A stretch of 64,000 nucleotides of DNA, taken from contig NW_027590164.1 in assembly GCF_964213995.1 (NCBI RefSeq), positions 744,001 through 808,000 on the forward strand, in the 5' to 3' direction. This DNA is from Mustelus asterias. Taxonomy: Eukaryota. Positions 9,932-22,615 of this stretch are shown here, one piece after another; the stretch's first letter is position 1; each line of letters opens with the position of its first letter. The position numbers were made by a program, and so were the translations under genes. Below the pieces are notes generated by a model, which was given only the letters and a program-made list of their open reading frames with translations, was not told the DNA's origin and ran no database searches.

Positions 9932-11213
9932 TGTCTCAGCAGGTTGGATGACTCAGTGAATCCTTTCCTACACTCAGAGCAGGTGAACAGCCTCTCTCCT
10001 CTGTGTGAACTTGCTTGTGTTTCCACAGGCTGGAAGGATCAGCAAATCCCTTCCCACATTCAGAGCAGGTGAAAGGCTTCTCCCCAGTGTGAACTTGACG
10101 GTGTGCGCGCAGACTGGACGACTCAGTGAATCCTTTCCCACACACACAGCAGGTGAATGGCCTCTCCCCGGTGTGAACTCGCCGGTGTTTCCAGAGGCTG
10201 GAGGAATCAGTGAATCCCTTCCCACACTCAGTGCAACTGAATGGTCTCTCTCCAGAGTGAATTCGCTGGTGTGTCAGCGGACTAGTGGACCTGTTAAATC
10301 CCTTCCCACACACAGAGCAGGGGAATGGCCTCTCTCCAGTGTGAACTGCTTGATGTCGCAGCAAGGTTGATAACTGAGTAAATCCCTTCCCACACACAGA
10401 GCAGGGGAATGGCCTCTCTCCAGTGTGAACTGCTTGATGTCGCAGCAAGGTTGATAACTGAGTGAATCCCTTCCCACACACGGAGCAGGTGAATGACCTC
10501 TCCCCAGTGTGAACTGCCTGGTGGTTCTGCAGGGTAGATGATGCACTGAATCTTTTCCCACACACGGTGCAGGTGAACGGCCTCTCCCCGGTGTGGACTC
10601 GCTGATGTATCAGCAGGTGAGATGACCGAGTGAATCCCTTCCCACAGTCAGAGCAGGTGTACGGCCTCTGCCCCGTGTGAACTCTCTGGTGCTTCTGCAG
10701 AGCAGAGGAATCACTGAATCCCTTCCCACACTCTGAGCAGCTGAACAGCTTCTCCCTGGCGTGTATTCACTGGTGTCTCGGCAGGTTGGATGAAAGAGTG
10801 AATCCCTTCCCACACACAGAGCAAGGGAATGACCTCTCCCCAGTGTGAACTCGCTTGTGTCTCCGGAGGCTGGATGAATCTCCGAACCCCTTCCCACACT
10901 CAATGCAGGTGAAAGGCCTCTCCCCCGTGTGAATGCGTCCGTGTGTCAGGAGACGGGATGAATCAGTGAAACCCTTCCCACGTTCAGAGCAGGTGAATGG
11001 CCTCTCCCCAGTGTGAATTTTATGATGTGTCACCAGGTTGGATAACTGAGAGAATCCCTTCCCACAATCAGGGCAGGTGAATGGCTTCTCCCCAGTGTGA
11101 CTGCGTCGATGAATCTCCAGCTCACACGGTGCTTTGAATCTTTTTCCACAGTCCCCACATTTCCACTGTTTCTCCCTGAGGCGGGAGGCCTTCTGTCCCT
11201 CCAGGTTTGACAA
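9932..11213 (-). pseudogene. C2H2 zinc-finger pseudogene, about 15 fingers
   Basis: ORFs 10767-11213 and 9936-10565 are one frame split by TGA at 10767-10769; canonical ATG missing; frameshift near 9995; last finger cut by the LTR. Confidence 0.85.
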
Positions 11214-11626
11214 TCAGATGAAGCCTCGTCCTCACCGAGAACAGATGTACACTCCCTCTCAATGTAAATGGGGCAATGCTTTTCAGGCTGTGTAACCTGA
11301 ACACTCTCACTCACGTTTGTACTTCTTGGTGCTTTTCCAGTCACACTGATGTTCAATCATTGCCCACGGACAGAAAAAAACCAAACAATTCTTCTTGATT
11401 CAAATGCCAATGATATTCACATTATGGTTATTCGAATGACTCTCAGATCTGAATGTGATGTTTTTTGATATTTCTGTCTGCAAATCCTCCCCTTCTAATA
11501 TCCTGTGAAAAAGTTTGCAAAAGTCAATACCATCCATGTAGAAAAGAAATTCAGAACAGATCATTTTCAAATCAACAAAACTATTTTTTCTTCTTTTATT
11601 CCTGAAAAGTTGTAAATCTGTCCCAC

Positions 11627-11937
11627 ATGGTGGCACAGTGGTTAGCACTGCTGTCTCACAGGGCCAGGGTCCCGGGTTCAATTCCGGCCTCAGGTCACTG
11701 TCTGTGTAGAGTTTGCCCTTTCTCTCTGTATCTGCATGGGTTTTCCTCTGGGTGCTCCACTTTCCTCCCACAGTCCAACGATGTGCGGATTAGGTTGATT
11801 GGCCATTTTAAATTGACCCTGGTGTCGGGGGATTAGCGGGGTGAATGTATGGGGTTACGGGATAAGGCCTGGGTGAGATTGTCGTCGATGCAGACTCGGC
11901 GGCGCAAATGGCCTCCTTCTGCACTGTAGGGATTCTA
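11627..11937 (+). mobile_element. HE1-type SINE
   Basis: tRNA-like head, V core, GCACTGTAGGGATTCTA tail. Confidence 0.9.
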
Positions 11938-12339
11938 AACATTCTGCTGTACCTAACATACATCCTCCAAATTCTCCTGAAGGTGCTGATTCAAACTGAT
12001 CAAAAGATCCAAGCTCACTGCTTTTGTGAGACTTCTTGCGGTCCAGTGAACAGGCCCGAAAATCTTCAGGCAACCTGTTCGCCTATATCCTAAATAAATA
12101 ATATATGTTGATCCCAAAGCGTTTTTCCACAGGCAGCCCCAGGAGTCACAGCCTCTGGATCTCTCACAATTAGATTCTCCCAATCAGCCTTTTTGTTCTG
12201 CTTTTTCCAGCTGCTCAGATTTCCTTCCTCTCCATCTCCCACTCACAGCTTCACTATTCAGTTACTGAATTCTTGCTTCCATCCTGAAAACCTCTCAGAC
12301 CCTGCCTGTTCCTCTTCTCTTTCTGTTCAACACAAACAA

Positions 12340-13030
12340 ACTGTTTTACTCACAGATGTGGGACACAGGAAGAAGGTTCAGTCTGTGTGAAGCTCAACCT
12401 CCTGTGTCACAAAGTCCACCCTCTGATTGGCTGGAGGACAAGAGTCCTTCCGGTCTGCCAGGGCTCCCGATTGGCCGGAGCCGTCAGCCTGGAAACCTTG
12501 GCTCCAAGAGGTGCATGTGGAGGGGGAGGAAAAGGGGGAGGCGGGGCTTCCGTGTCCGCTCGCCCGGGCCTGCGCACTGGAACCCCAGGATGTCACCTTG
12601 GAGCAGACTGATTCCTATTGACTGATTCAGGGGGGACTCCTCTGTGGACGTCACAAAGCTTTCAGAGGGGCGTTCCCAGCACTCAGTCACCCATTGGAGC
12701 ACAAGCACAACACTGCGGATTGGACAACAGCTCCCGCGTTCGGAGGTCAAAGTGTCTCCTACCCCCACGTGGGCTCCTACCCCCGTATTGTCGTCATGGC
12801 AGAGATTGACCAATGGGAACGCCTGGAGGACCTAGAATCCTCCAGCCAATCAGGGCGCGCGTTTTGTGCCAATGGCTGCACGGATCACCCCCCCATTGTG
12901 TGAATGAGGAGCTTGTTCAGCTGCTCATCACGGCCCAGCAAAGCGGCTGCTTCTCTCCCTCTGAATGAAGATTGAGCTTCACACACATTACAACCTCTTC
13001 CCCTGTCAAACATCTGTGAGTAAAACACTT
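12340..13030. promoter_or_regulatory. Bidirectional promoter with two divergent first exons (ZNF 11213- and ZNF 14610+)
   Basis: CpG-rich, several CCAAT/ATTGG boxes, GGCGGGG; donor CATCT/GTGAGTAAAAC on both strands (about 12352 minus, 13016 plus). Confidence 0.7.
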
Positions 13031-13163
13031 TCTTTTCTATCCATTTATATTTCTTTTCTCATTCTGGGGGAAATTGGGAACTTGCAGCAACTGATGGGAA
13101 AGGAAGTGAATCCAGGGAGGCGGCAGACTCTGGAAAGGTTAGCCCAGGTCTCTCTCTCTCTTT

Positions 13164-13441
13164 TAAAGTTTATTTATTTGTCACAAGTAAGGCTTACATT
13201 AACACTGCAATGAAGTTACTGTGAAATTCCTCTAGTCGCCACACTCCAAAGCCTGTTCGAGTCAATGCATCTACCCAGCATGTCTTTTAGACTGTGGGAG
13301 GAAACCGGAGCACCCGGAGAAAACCCACGCTGACACGGGGAAAACGTGTAAACTCCACACAGACAGTGACCCAAGCCGGGAATCGAACCCAGGTCCCTGG
13401 CGCTGTGAGGCAGTAGTGCTAACCACTGAGTCACCGTGCGG
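13164..13441 (-). mobile_element. V-domain SINE with alternative tail
   Basis: Same head and V core; tail CAGTAACTTCATTGCAGTGTTAATGTAAGCC...AATAAA; flanked by duplicated (CT)n-TTAAAG. Confidence 0.85.
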
Positions 13442-14609
13442 CTCTCTCTCTCTCTCTCTTAAAGAGATTGACATCCTTTGCTCCCTCAGCTTGATACATT
13501 CATTTGTCTCACGGAAATGATGGCCTCTTTCCTAATGTTCACAATTAAAAGGGTGGTTTCCCCAGAAGATGCTGAGATTTAAGGACGTAAATTAATATAG
13601 GACAGAGAGTAATATGGTATGTTTTAGATACATTATTTATCGATCTGCAATAAACTTCAGTTATTATTTAGTCTTGTAATATAATACTCGAGTTACGTTA
13701 TATGTTTCCAGTTGTAGTTACAGCACAGAAAAAGTCAATTCAGCAACTTGAGTCCATGCTGACAATCGTTGGAGCAATCCAGTCAGTCCCATTCCCCTTC
13801 TATATCTCTGCTCCCCTGCAAGGTTATTTCTTCAAGTGCCTATCCAATTTCATTTTGGAATCATCGATTATGTCCAATTCCACCATTCTCATAAGTAGCA
13901 GGTTCCTGGTCATGCACATTCACTCAGAAATAAAGCTTGTCCTTGCGTTAGTTCTGTATCCTTAATCAGGTGATGTTGTGTATATTAAATATATACATAC
14001 ACAAAGCCAGCAGCCTATGTGGTGGTCTTCAAGCCGTTGTGCCCTGGACAAGAAGCAGTAAGCATGTATCTGTCAATCAGGAGAATTAGGAGGGAGTATA
14101 TTAGGTACAGCAGAGTGAGAATGGAGGATGGTGTGTGGTGTGGACACTTACAGCTTTTGGGGAAGAGGCAAGACTATTCCATTGAAACTACAATTGTCTG
14201 TTCTGAATTTCTATCCTGTCCTGCCAGTGATAACTTTTGTGAACCCTTTTCACAGGACACTCGAAGAGGATTTGCATTTGAGAAACTCAAACCAAATATC
14301 ACATCAAGATTTGACAGTCATTCAATTCATCAGGATCTGAATATCATTGTGCTTCGATTGTGGAAGGAGAAATGTTTGCCCGTTCTATCTGTGAGAAATG
14401 ATTTCAACATCAGTGTAGCTGGAAAAGCACCGAGACACACACACACACCCAAGTGAGAGTGTTCCAGTGAACTGACTGTGGAAACAGCTTCACACAGCCG
14501 GAAAAAGCATCACACCATTCACAGCGGGGAGAAACCGTACTCAAGTTCCATGTGTGGATGAGGCTTCAATTGATCATCCAACCTGGAGGGACATAAGGAT
14601 ACCGGCACC

Positions 14610-15536
14610 ATGGAGAAACCGTGGGAATGTGGGGACTGTGGGAAGGGATTCTGCACCCCATCTGCATTGGAAACTCATCATCGTGTTCACACAGGTGAGA
14701 GGCCATTCACCTGCTCTCAGTGTGGGAAGGGATTCACTCAGTCATCCACCCTGCTGAAACACCAACAAATTCACACTGGAGAGAAACCGTTCATCTGCTC
14801 TCAGTGTGGGAAGGGATTCAGTAATTCATCTCACCTGCTCACACACAAGCGAGTTCACACTGGGGAGAGACCATTCACCTGCTCTGAATGTGGGAAAGGA
14901 TTCACTCAGTCATCCAACCTTCTGATGCACCAACGGGCTCACACTGGGGAGAGGCCATTTACCTGCTCAGAATGTGGGAAGGGATTCAGTGATTCATCTG
15001 CCCTCCTGACACACAAGCGAGTTCACACTGGAGAGAGGCCATTCATCTGCTCCGAGTGTGGGAAGAGATTCCCTCAGTCATCCAGCCTGCTGATGCACCA
15101 GCGGATTCACACTGGAGAGAGACCATTCATCTGCTCTGAATGTGGGAAGGGATTCATTCAGTTATCTCACTTGCAGACACACCAGCGAGTTCACAATGGG
15201 AAAAGGCCATTCACCTGCTCTAAATGTGGGAAAGGATTCATTCAGTCATGCAACCTAGTGATGCACCAGCAAGTCCACACTGGGGAGAGGCCATCCATCT
15301 GCTCTGAGTGTGGGAAGGGATTCAGAGATTCATCCACCCTTCTGAGACACCAGCGCATTCACACTGGGGAGAGGCCATTCACCTGCTGTGTGTGTAGGAA
15401 AGGATTTGGTCAGTTATGCAGCCTACAGAGGCATCGGCAAGTTCACATCGGGGAGAGTTTGTTAGCCTGCTCTGTGTGTGGGAAGGGATTCACTCAGTCA
15501 TCCTGTCTGGTGACACACCAGCAAGTTCACAAGTGA
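14610..15536 (+). CDS. Tandem C2H2 zinc-finger protein, 11 fingers
   Basis: [10 protein letters not shown]...HQQVHK, 308 aa, open; acceptor AG 14254-14255. Confidence 0.9.
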   Translation: MEKPWECGDCGKGFCTPSALETHHRVHTGERPFTCSQCGKGFTQSSTLLKHQQIHTGEKPFICSQCGKGFSNSSHLLTHKRVHTGERPFTCSECGKGFTQSSNLLMHQRAHTGERPFTCSECGKGFSDSSALLTHKRVHTGERPFICSECGKRFPQSSSLLMHQRIHTGERPFICSECGKGFIQLSHLQTHQRVHNGKRPFTCSKCGKGFIQSCNLVMHQQVHTGERPSICSECGKGFRDSSTLLRHQRIHTGERPFTCCVCRKGFGQLCSLQRHRQVHIGESLLACSVCGKGFTQSSCLVTHQQVHK

Positions 15537-16083
15537 AAGCAATGATTAGATTCTGTTGTTAATCAGATCCAGGACTGAACCATGTTCATCTTGACAGTCG
15601 GTAAAGTGAGAGAGTTGGAGTATTTCTTTCTGCTAGACTGGCCGGTCTCTCAGTTTGGCTTCCAGTGGGCTGGTGTTCTTTCACCGATGTTGGCAGTGCT
15701 CCCAGTGCAGTCTAATCCTGGTTCAACACAAGTTGAATATAAGCTCCCCTGCTTTCCAATCCTAACCTACTCCAATAGGAGCTGTTTATATGGGCCCAAC
15801 ACTGGGGGAAAGATGTGAATTTTTCGAGTGTGTGCAAAGGAGATGTGCTGGAATGTGTCACGCATGAAAGAATTTGGAGGCAGGTTCAGTCATAGTTTTC
15901 AATAGAGAATTGGATCATTTTTTTGAAGAGGAAAAATTGACAGATGTGGGGGAAATGGGCACTGTGTGAATTTTTATTGCAGAGAGCTAGCACAGACAAA
16001 ATGGGCTGAATGGCCTCCTTCTGTCTTGCCATTCCACAATTCTGGATTACCAGCTAGCTGATTCTGTACAGCACGACATGACA

Positions 16084-16500
16084 GTTGGTATCTCTCTTGC
16101 CTCTGAGTCAGGAGCTGGGGGGAAGGGGTTTGAATTCCCAAACCAGAGCTGGCATTCCCGGTACCAGTACCGAGGGAGAGCCGGACTGGCAGAGCGACCA
16201 TGTTTCGAGTGAGACACTCACCCGAGAGCCCTGTCTCCCTCTCAGGCGGACATAAAAGATCAAACAGCAACAGCTGGAAGAGGACAGATGTAACTCCGTG
16301 ATGTCCTGGGGCCTGATATTTATCCCACAATTAATATCCCACAAGTAAGACCAGGTGATCTGGTTATCATCACATTGCCTTCTGTGGGAGCTTGCTGTGC
16401 GCAAATTGGCTGCCACATGCCGATCTTCAGAAAGCGTTGACTGTGAAATGCATTGAGGTTCCCCAAAAGGCGGAAGGCACTATATAAATGCAAGCTTCCT
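16084..16500 (+). mobile_element. Old Deu-domain SINE (SacSINE1/AmnSINE-like)
   Basis: CCCTGTCTCCCTCTCAGGCGGACATAAAAGATC, TGTGGGAGCTTGCTGTGCGCAAATTGGCTGCC, tail GGCACTATATAAATGCAAG. Confidence 0.7.
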
Positions 16501-17369
16501 TATGAATTAACAGGCTCCTATCCTTGTGGACAGATCGTCCAGAGGACCAGGAGTCAGCACAAGCCGGCTGAGTGCGGGAGGACAGGAACTTCCAGTGTGA
16601 ACCCAGGCTGCTTCCCTTCAGAGGCCACTGAATACATTGTGGGACCTGACCATTTAATGAGGATACTTTGACTTGCTGAGCTGTGAATCCCACCCCTTTT
16701 CCCTCTGTAATGCTGGCTGAGAATGAGCATCGGGACTGGTCAATGTGCTGAAAGTACCTCTGCCCCTGAAGATCGAGATAATGTTTCCCTCTATAATTCT
16801 GCTGTAAATAATTTATCTCACAAACTAATGGATAGATTTCACCAAACCTTGGTACACTGACCGAGTATGGCCGTTGAAAGAAATGATTCATTTTTGGTTA
16901 AGATCGGGATCTAGGAATTATATAAAGGAGCCGTTCACAACGGGGGATCAGGCAAATTCACTTTCTCTATTAGATTGTTATGGTTTGTTTTATTTTGACT
17001 GTTGATTGTTTCAGGATTTTGTGGAGTATCTCGGCTGCTGGGGTGGAATTTGTCACAGCTGTCAAATGTGAGCTGAGTTTTCAGAGCAGGTTGTTGGATT
17101 AGGATTTGCCTAAAATCTCCTCCTGAGACAGTGCTCTTAATGAATAAATGTACTATTTTTAGCTTTATTGTCACAAAGCATGTTTTCATCCCTGTCTGTA
17201 ACAATATACCTCAAAAGCTCATGGACGAGTTTAAACAAAACATGGTACATGAAATAACGCCTCAGAGACCAGTGTCCCTTCAACAGATTCCCTTTATTTA
17301 CAAACTCAATTCCACTCCTAAGATGGCTTCTGTTACAAAGTCAGAATCAGGATTGTCAGTGCATTGCCA

Positions 17370-17409
17370 TATTATATATATATATATATATATGCACACA
17401 CACACACAG
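17370..17409. repeat. (TA)n(CA)n microsatellite
   Basis: Directly visible. Confidence 0.9.
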
Positions 17410-19780
17410 ATGGTACTCCCTGATTAGGTAGGTGATCATTACCGACCTAATAGGTTGGAAGAACAATAGGTCAATAAGCATAGAGGCTGGGGATGAGGTT
17501 GGGGCCAAGACAAGGCTATCTAAGAGGAAGACCATTCTGGGGGAGTATGACCTCAGTGGGCCTGGAGGTCTGGAGTGCATCTGCTTCAATGCAAGGAGCG
17601 TCACGGGCAAGACAGACGAGTTTAGAGCCTTAATGCTTAGTGACGGAGACTTGGTTAGAAGGACAGGACTGGCAGCTGAATATTCCGGGGCATAAGTGTT
17701 TTAGGCGAGACAGAGGAGGGGCTAAGAGAGGTGGGGGAGTAGCAATGCTGGTTAGGGAGCATATTACAGCAGTACAGAGGGTAGACAATTTGGAAGGGTC
17801 AGGTAACGAGTCACTGTGGGTGGAGCTCAGAAACAGGAAGGGCGCAGTCACTATGCTGCGGTTATACTACAGGCCTCCCAACAGCCCACGGGAAGTTGAG
17901 GAACGGATATGTAAGGAGATTCTGGACAGGTGCAGAAAAAATTGGGTTGTTGTAGTGGGAGACTTTAATTTCCCTCACATAGACTGGAAATCGCTTAGGG
18001 CTGGGGGCCTGGACGGGAAAGAACTTATAAAATGCGTACAGGAAGGTTCTTTGGAACAATATGTTGACAGTCCAATGAGAGAGGGGGCAATACTGGGCCT
18101 AGTACTGGGGAATGAGCCCGGTCAGGTCATCAAAGTTGCAGTAGGGGAACATGTGGCAAATAGTGACCACAATTCTGTAAACTTTAGGATAGTAATGGAA
18201 AAACTTGAGTGTTGTCCTATGGGTAAGGTGCTGAATTGGGGGAAGGCGAACTACAACTGGATTAGGCAGGATTTGGTGGCTGTTGATTGGGAGAGGCTGT
18301 TCGAGGGTAAATCCACATCTGGCATGTAAGGAGCAGTTGATAGGACTGCAGGACAGGCATGTGCGTGTAAAGAGGAAAGATAGGAAAGGTAGGATTCGGG
18401 AGCCGTGGATACCAGTGAAATTGTGGGTCTAATCAAAAAGAAAAAAGAGGCATACATGAGGTCCAGGCAGCTAAAAACAGATGGCGCATTGGAGGAATAC
18501 AGAGAAAGTAGAAAAGAACTGAACAGGGAGTTAAAAGGGGTCACGAAATGTCTATGGCAGACAGGATTAAGGAGAATCCTAAGGCATTTTATACATAGGT
18601 TAGGAACAAGAGGGTTGTTAGGGAAAGAATCAGACCTCTCAGGGAAAAGGAGGGGAATTATGCTTAGAACCAAAGGAAGTAGGTGAGATCCTAAACGAAT
18701 ACTTTGCATCAGTATTCACAAAGGAGAGGGACATGTTGACTGGTATTGTCTCAGAGAGATGTGTTGACCCGTTAGAAAAAATCTCAATTACAAGGGAGGA
18801 AGTGTTAGGTTTTTTAGGAAACATTAAGACAGACAAATCCCCAGGGCCAGATGGCATCTATCCTAGACTCCTCAGGGAGGCGAGAGATGCAATTGCTGGG
18901 CCTCTAACAGAAATCTTTGTCTCTTCACTGGACACAGGTGAGGTCCCAGAGGATTGGAGGATCGCAAATGTGGTCCCGTTATTTAAGAAGGGTAGCAAGG
19001 ATAACCCAGATAATTATAGGCTGGTGAGCTTGACGTCCATGGTGGGGAAGTTGTTGGAGAAGATTCTTAGAGATAAGATATATGCGCATTTAGAACTGAA
19101 TAATCTCATTAGCGATAGACAGAATGGTTTTGTACGAGGGAGGTCATGCCTCAAAAATTTGGTTGAGTTTTTTGAGGAGGTGACCAAAACGATTGACAAG
19201 GGAAGGGCCGTGGATGTTGTCTATATGGATTTTAGTAAAGCGTTTGACAAGGTCCCTCATGGCAGGCTGGTGCAAAAGGTTAAATCTCACAGGATAAAAG
19301 GTGAGCTAGCTAGATGGGTGGAGAACTGGCTTAGCCATAGAAGACAGAGGGTAGCAGTGGAGGGGTCTTTTTCTGGCTGGAGGTCTGTGTGTTCCACAGG
19401 GCTCTGTACTGGGACCTCTGCTGTTTGTGATATATATAAATGATTTGGAGGAAGATGTAGCTGGTGTGATCAGTAAGTTTGCGGACGACACAAAGATTGC
19501 TGGAGTTGCGGATAGTGATGAACATTGTCAGAGAATGCAGCAGGATATAGATAGGCTGGAACATTGGGCGGAGAAATGGCAGATGGAATTTAATCCAGAT
19601 AAATGCAAAGTGATGCATTTCGGTAGATCTAATGTAAGGGGGAGCTGTACAATAAATGGCAGAGCCATCAGGAGTATAGACACACAAAGGGACCTGGGTG
19701 TACAAGTCCACAGATCCTTAAAGGTGGCAGCACAGGGGGAGAGGGTGGTGAAGAAGGCATATGGCATACTTGGCTTTGTT

Positions 19781-20001
19781 NNNNNNNNNNNNNNNNNNNN
19801 NNNNNNNNNNNNNNNNNNNNNNNNNNNNNNNNNNNNNNNNNNNNNNNNNNNNNNNNNNNNNNNNNNNNNNNNNNNNNNNNNNNNNNNNNNNNNNNNNNNN
19901 NNNNNNNNNNNNNNNNNNNNNNNNNNNNNNNNNNNNNNNNNNNNNNNNNNNNNNNNNNNNNNNNNNNNNNNNNNNNNNNNNNNNNNNNNNNNNNNNNNNN
20001 N
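19781..20001. other. Assembly gap (221 N)
   Basis: Run of N. Confidence 1.
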
Positions 20002-21308
20002 GGCCCTTCGGCCCACGATGTTGTGCCGAGCTTTATCTGAAACCAAGATCAAGCTATCCCACTCTCTATCATCCTGGTGTGCTCCATGTGCCTATCCAAT
20101 AACCGCTTAAATGTTTCTAAAGTGTCTGACTCCACTATCACTGCAGGCAGTCCATTCCACACCCCAACCACTCTCTGCGTAAAGAACCTACCTCTGATAT
20201 CCGTCCTGTATCTCCCACCACGAACCCTATAGTTATGCCCCCTTGTAATAGCTCCATCCACCCGAGGAAATAGTCTTTGAACGTTCACTCTATCTATCCC
20301 CTTCATCATTTTATAAACCTCTATTAAGTCTCCCCTCAGCCTCCTCCGCTCCAGAGAGAACAGCCCTAGCTCCCTCAACCTTTCCTCATATGACCTACCC
20401 TCCAAACCAGGCAGCATCCTGGTAAATCTCCTCTGCACTCTTTCCAGCGCTTCCACATCCTTCTTATAGTGAGGTGACCAGAACTGCACACAATATTCCA
20501 AATGTGGTCTCACCAAGGTCCTGTACAGTTGCAGCATAACCCCACGGCTCTTAAACTCCAACCCCCTGTTAATAAAAGCTAACACACTATAGGCCTTCTT
20601 CACAGCTCTATCCACTTGACTGGCAACCTTTAGAGATCTGTGGATATGGACCCCAAGATCTCTCTGTTCCTCCACAGTCTTCAGAACCCTACCTTTGACC
20701 CTGTAATCGACATTTAAATTAGTCCTACCAAAATGAATCACCTCACATTTATCAGGGTTAAACTCCATTTGCCATTTTTCAGCCCAGCTTTGCATCCTAT
20801 CTATGTCTCTTTGCAGCCTACAACAGCCCTCCACCTCATCCACTACTCCACCAATCTTGGTGTCATCAGCAAATTTACTGATCCACCCTTCAGCCCCCTC
20901 CTCTAAGTCATTAATAAAAATCACAAAGAGCAGAGGACCAAGCACTGATCCCTGCGGCACACCGCTAGCAACCTGCCTCCAATCCGAAAATTTTCCATCG
21001 ACCACCACCCTCTGTCTTCGGTCAGACAGCCAGTTACCTATCCAATCGGCCAACTTTCCCTCTATCCCACACCTCCTCACTTTCATCATAAGCCGACCAT
21101 GGGGGACCTTATCAAACGCCTTACTAAAATCCATGTATATGACATCAACTGCCCTACCTTCATCAACACACTTAGTTACCTCCTCAAAAAATTCTATCAA
21201 ATTTGTGAGGCACGACTTGCCCTTCACAAATCCGTGCTGACTATCTCGGATTAATCCGCATCTTTCTAAATGGTCGTAAATCCCATCCCTAAGGACCCTT
21301 TCCATCAA
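20002..21308 (-). mobile_element. Young 5'-truncated CR1, open RT frame (20049-21308)
   Basis: 419-aa ORF differing from ORF 45-1316 at only a handful of residues. Confidence 0.95.
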
Positions 21309-22079
21309 TAAAAGTTGGCATATGATGTTGCAGCTGTATAGAACGATGGTTCGGCCACATTTGGAATACTGCGTCTAGTTCTGGTCGCCACACTACCAGA
21401 AGGACGTGGAGGCTTTGGAGAGAGTACAGGGAAGGTTTACCAGGATGTTGCCTGGTATAGAGGGTCTTAGCTATCGGGAGAGATTGGGTAAACTGGGGTT
21501 GTTCTCCCTGGAAAGATGGAGGATGAGGGGCAACCTAATAGAGATGTATAAAATTATGAAGGGCATAGATAGAGTGAACTTTGGGAAGTTTTTTCCCAGG
21601 TCAGAGGTGACGAACACAAGGGGTCACGGGTTCAAGGTGAGGGGGGGCAAGGTTCAACACAGATGTCAGGGGGACGTATTTTACACAGAGGGTGGTGGGA
21701 GCCTGGAATGCACTGCCAAGCAAGGTGATTGAGGTGGACACGCTGGGATTGTTTAAGACTTATCTGGATAAGCACATGAACAGTGTGGGAATAGAGGGAT
21801 ACAAAAGAATGGTCTAGTGGGCACATGAGCAGCGCAGGCTTGGAGGGCCGAAGGGCCTATTCCTGTGCTGTATTGTTCTTTGTTCTTCATTTGTTCTTTG
21901 ACTCTGGGAGGAAACTGGAGCACCCAGAGGAAACCCATGCAGTTACGGGGAGAATGAGTGACTTCCATACAGACTCCACACATTCTCCCTGTGATCTGTT
22001 TCCTAATTTCATAGTTGGCCATTCAGTCCCAGCCTGTACCCGATAAAAGCAAAAGAATGATCATAAGCTATTTGTGAAT

Positions 22080-22615
22080 CTGAAACCAAAAGAGAAAATG
22101 CTGGAAAATCTTCTCAGGTCTGGCAGCATCTGTAAGGAGAGAAAAGAGCTGATGTTTCATAGAATCATAGAATACCTACAGCGCAGAGAGAGGCTATTAG
22201 GCCCATCGAGTCTGCACCAACAACAATCCCACCCAAGCCCTATCCCCACAACCCCACATATTTACCCCCCTTATCCCTCTAACCTGCACATCCCGGAACA
22301 CAAACGGGAAATTCAGCATGGCCAATGCACCGAACCTGCACATCTTTTGGACTGTGGGAGGAAACCAGAGCACCCGGAGGAAACCCATGCAGACATGGAG
22401 AGAACGTGCAAATTCCACACAGACAATGACCCAAGCCAGGAATTGGACCCGGTCCCTGGTGCTGTGAGGCAACAGTGCTAACCGCTATGTCACCATGCCG
22501 TTTCGAGTCCGGATAACCCTTTGTCAAAGCTAAAAGGCAGAGAAAGTGGGAGATATTTATACTGCAGGGTGAGGGAATGAAAGATGAATCATAGCCACAG
22601 AAAACAGGGGAAAAT
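22080..22615. mobile_element. Penelope-like terminal fragment (second family) split by a SINE
   Basis: AAAATGCTGGAAAATC..CAGGTCTGGCAGCATCTG..GTTTC/GAGTCCGGATAACCCTTTGTCAAAG; related pieces at 8660-8750 and 28843-29025. Confidence 0.55.
22158..22500 (-). mobile_element. HE1-type SINE
   Basis: Tail, V core and head visible; GTTTC duplicated at both ends. Confidence 0.88.

Larger units (their letters stand above)
17425..21899 (+). mobile_element. Long CR1 ORF2 copy (APE endonuclease + RT), frameshifted, split by the gap and a nested CR1; resumes at 21309
   Basis: CFNARS, TETWL, YYRPP, GDFNFP, SDHN endonuclease motifs; KSPGPDG, DFSKAFDKVPH, KFADD; tail near 21880. Confidence 0.92.

Noticed and set aside
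19427-20110. ORFs spanning the N run
   Set aside because: Artefacts of translating through the gap
17425-21899. Autonomous full-length CR1
   Set aside because: Multiple frameshifts and stops, nested insertion, no intact ORF1
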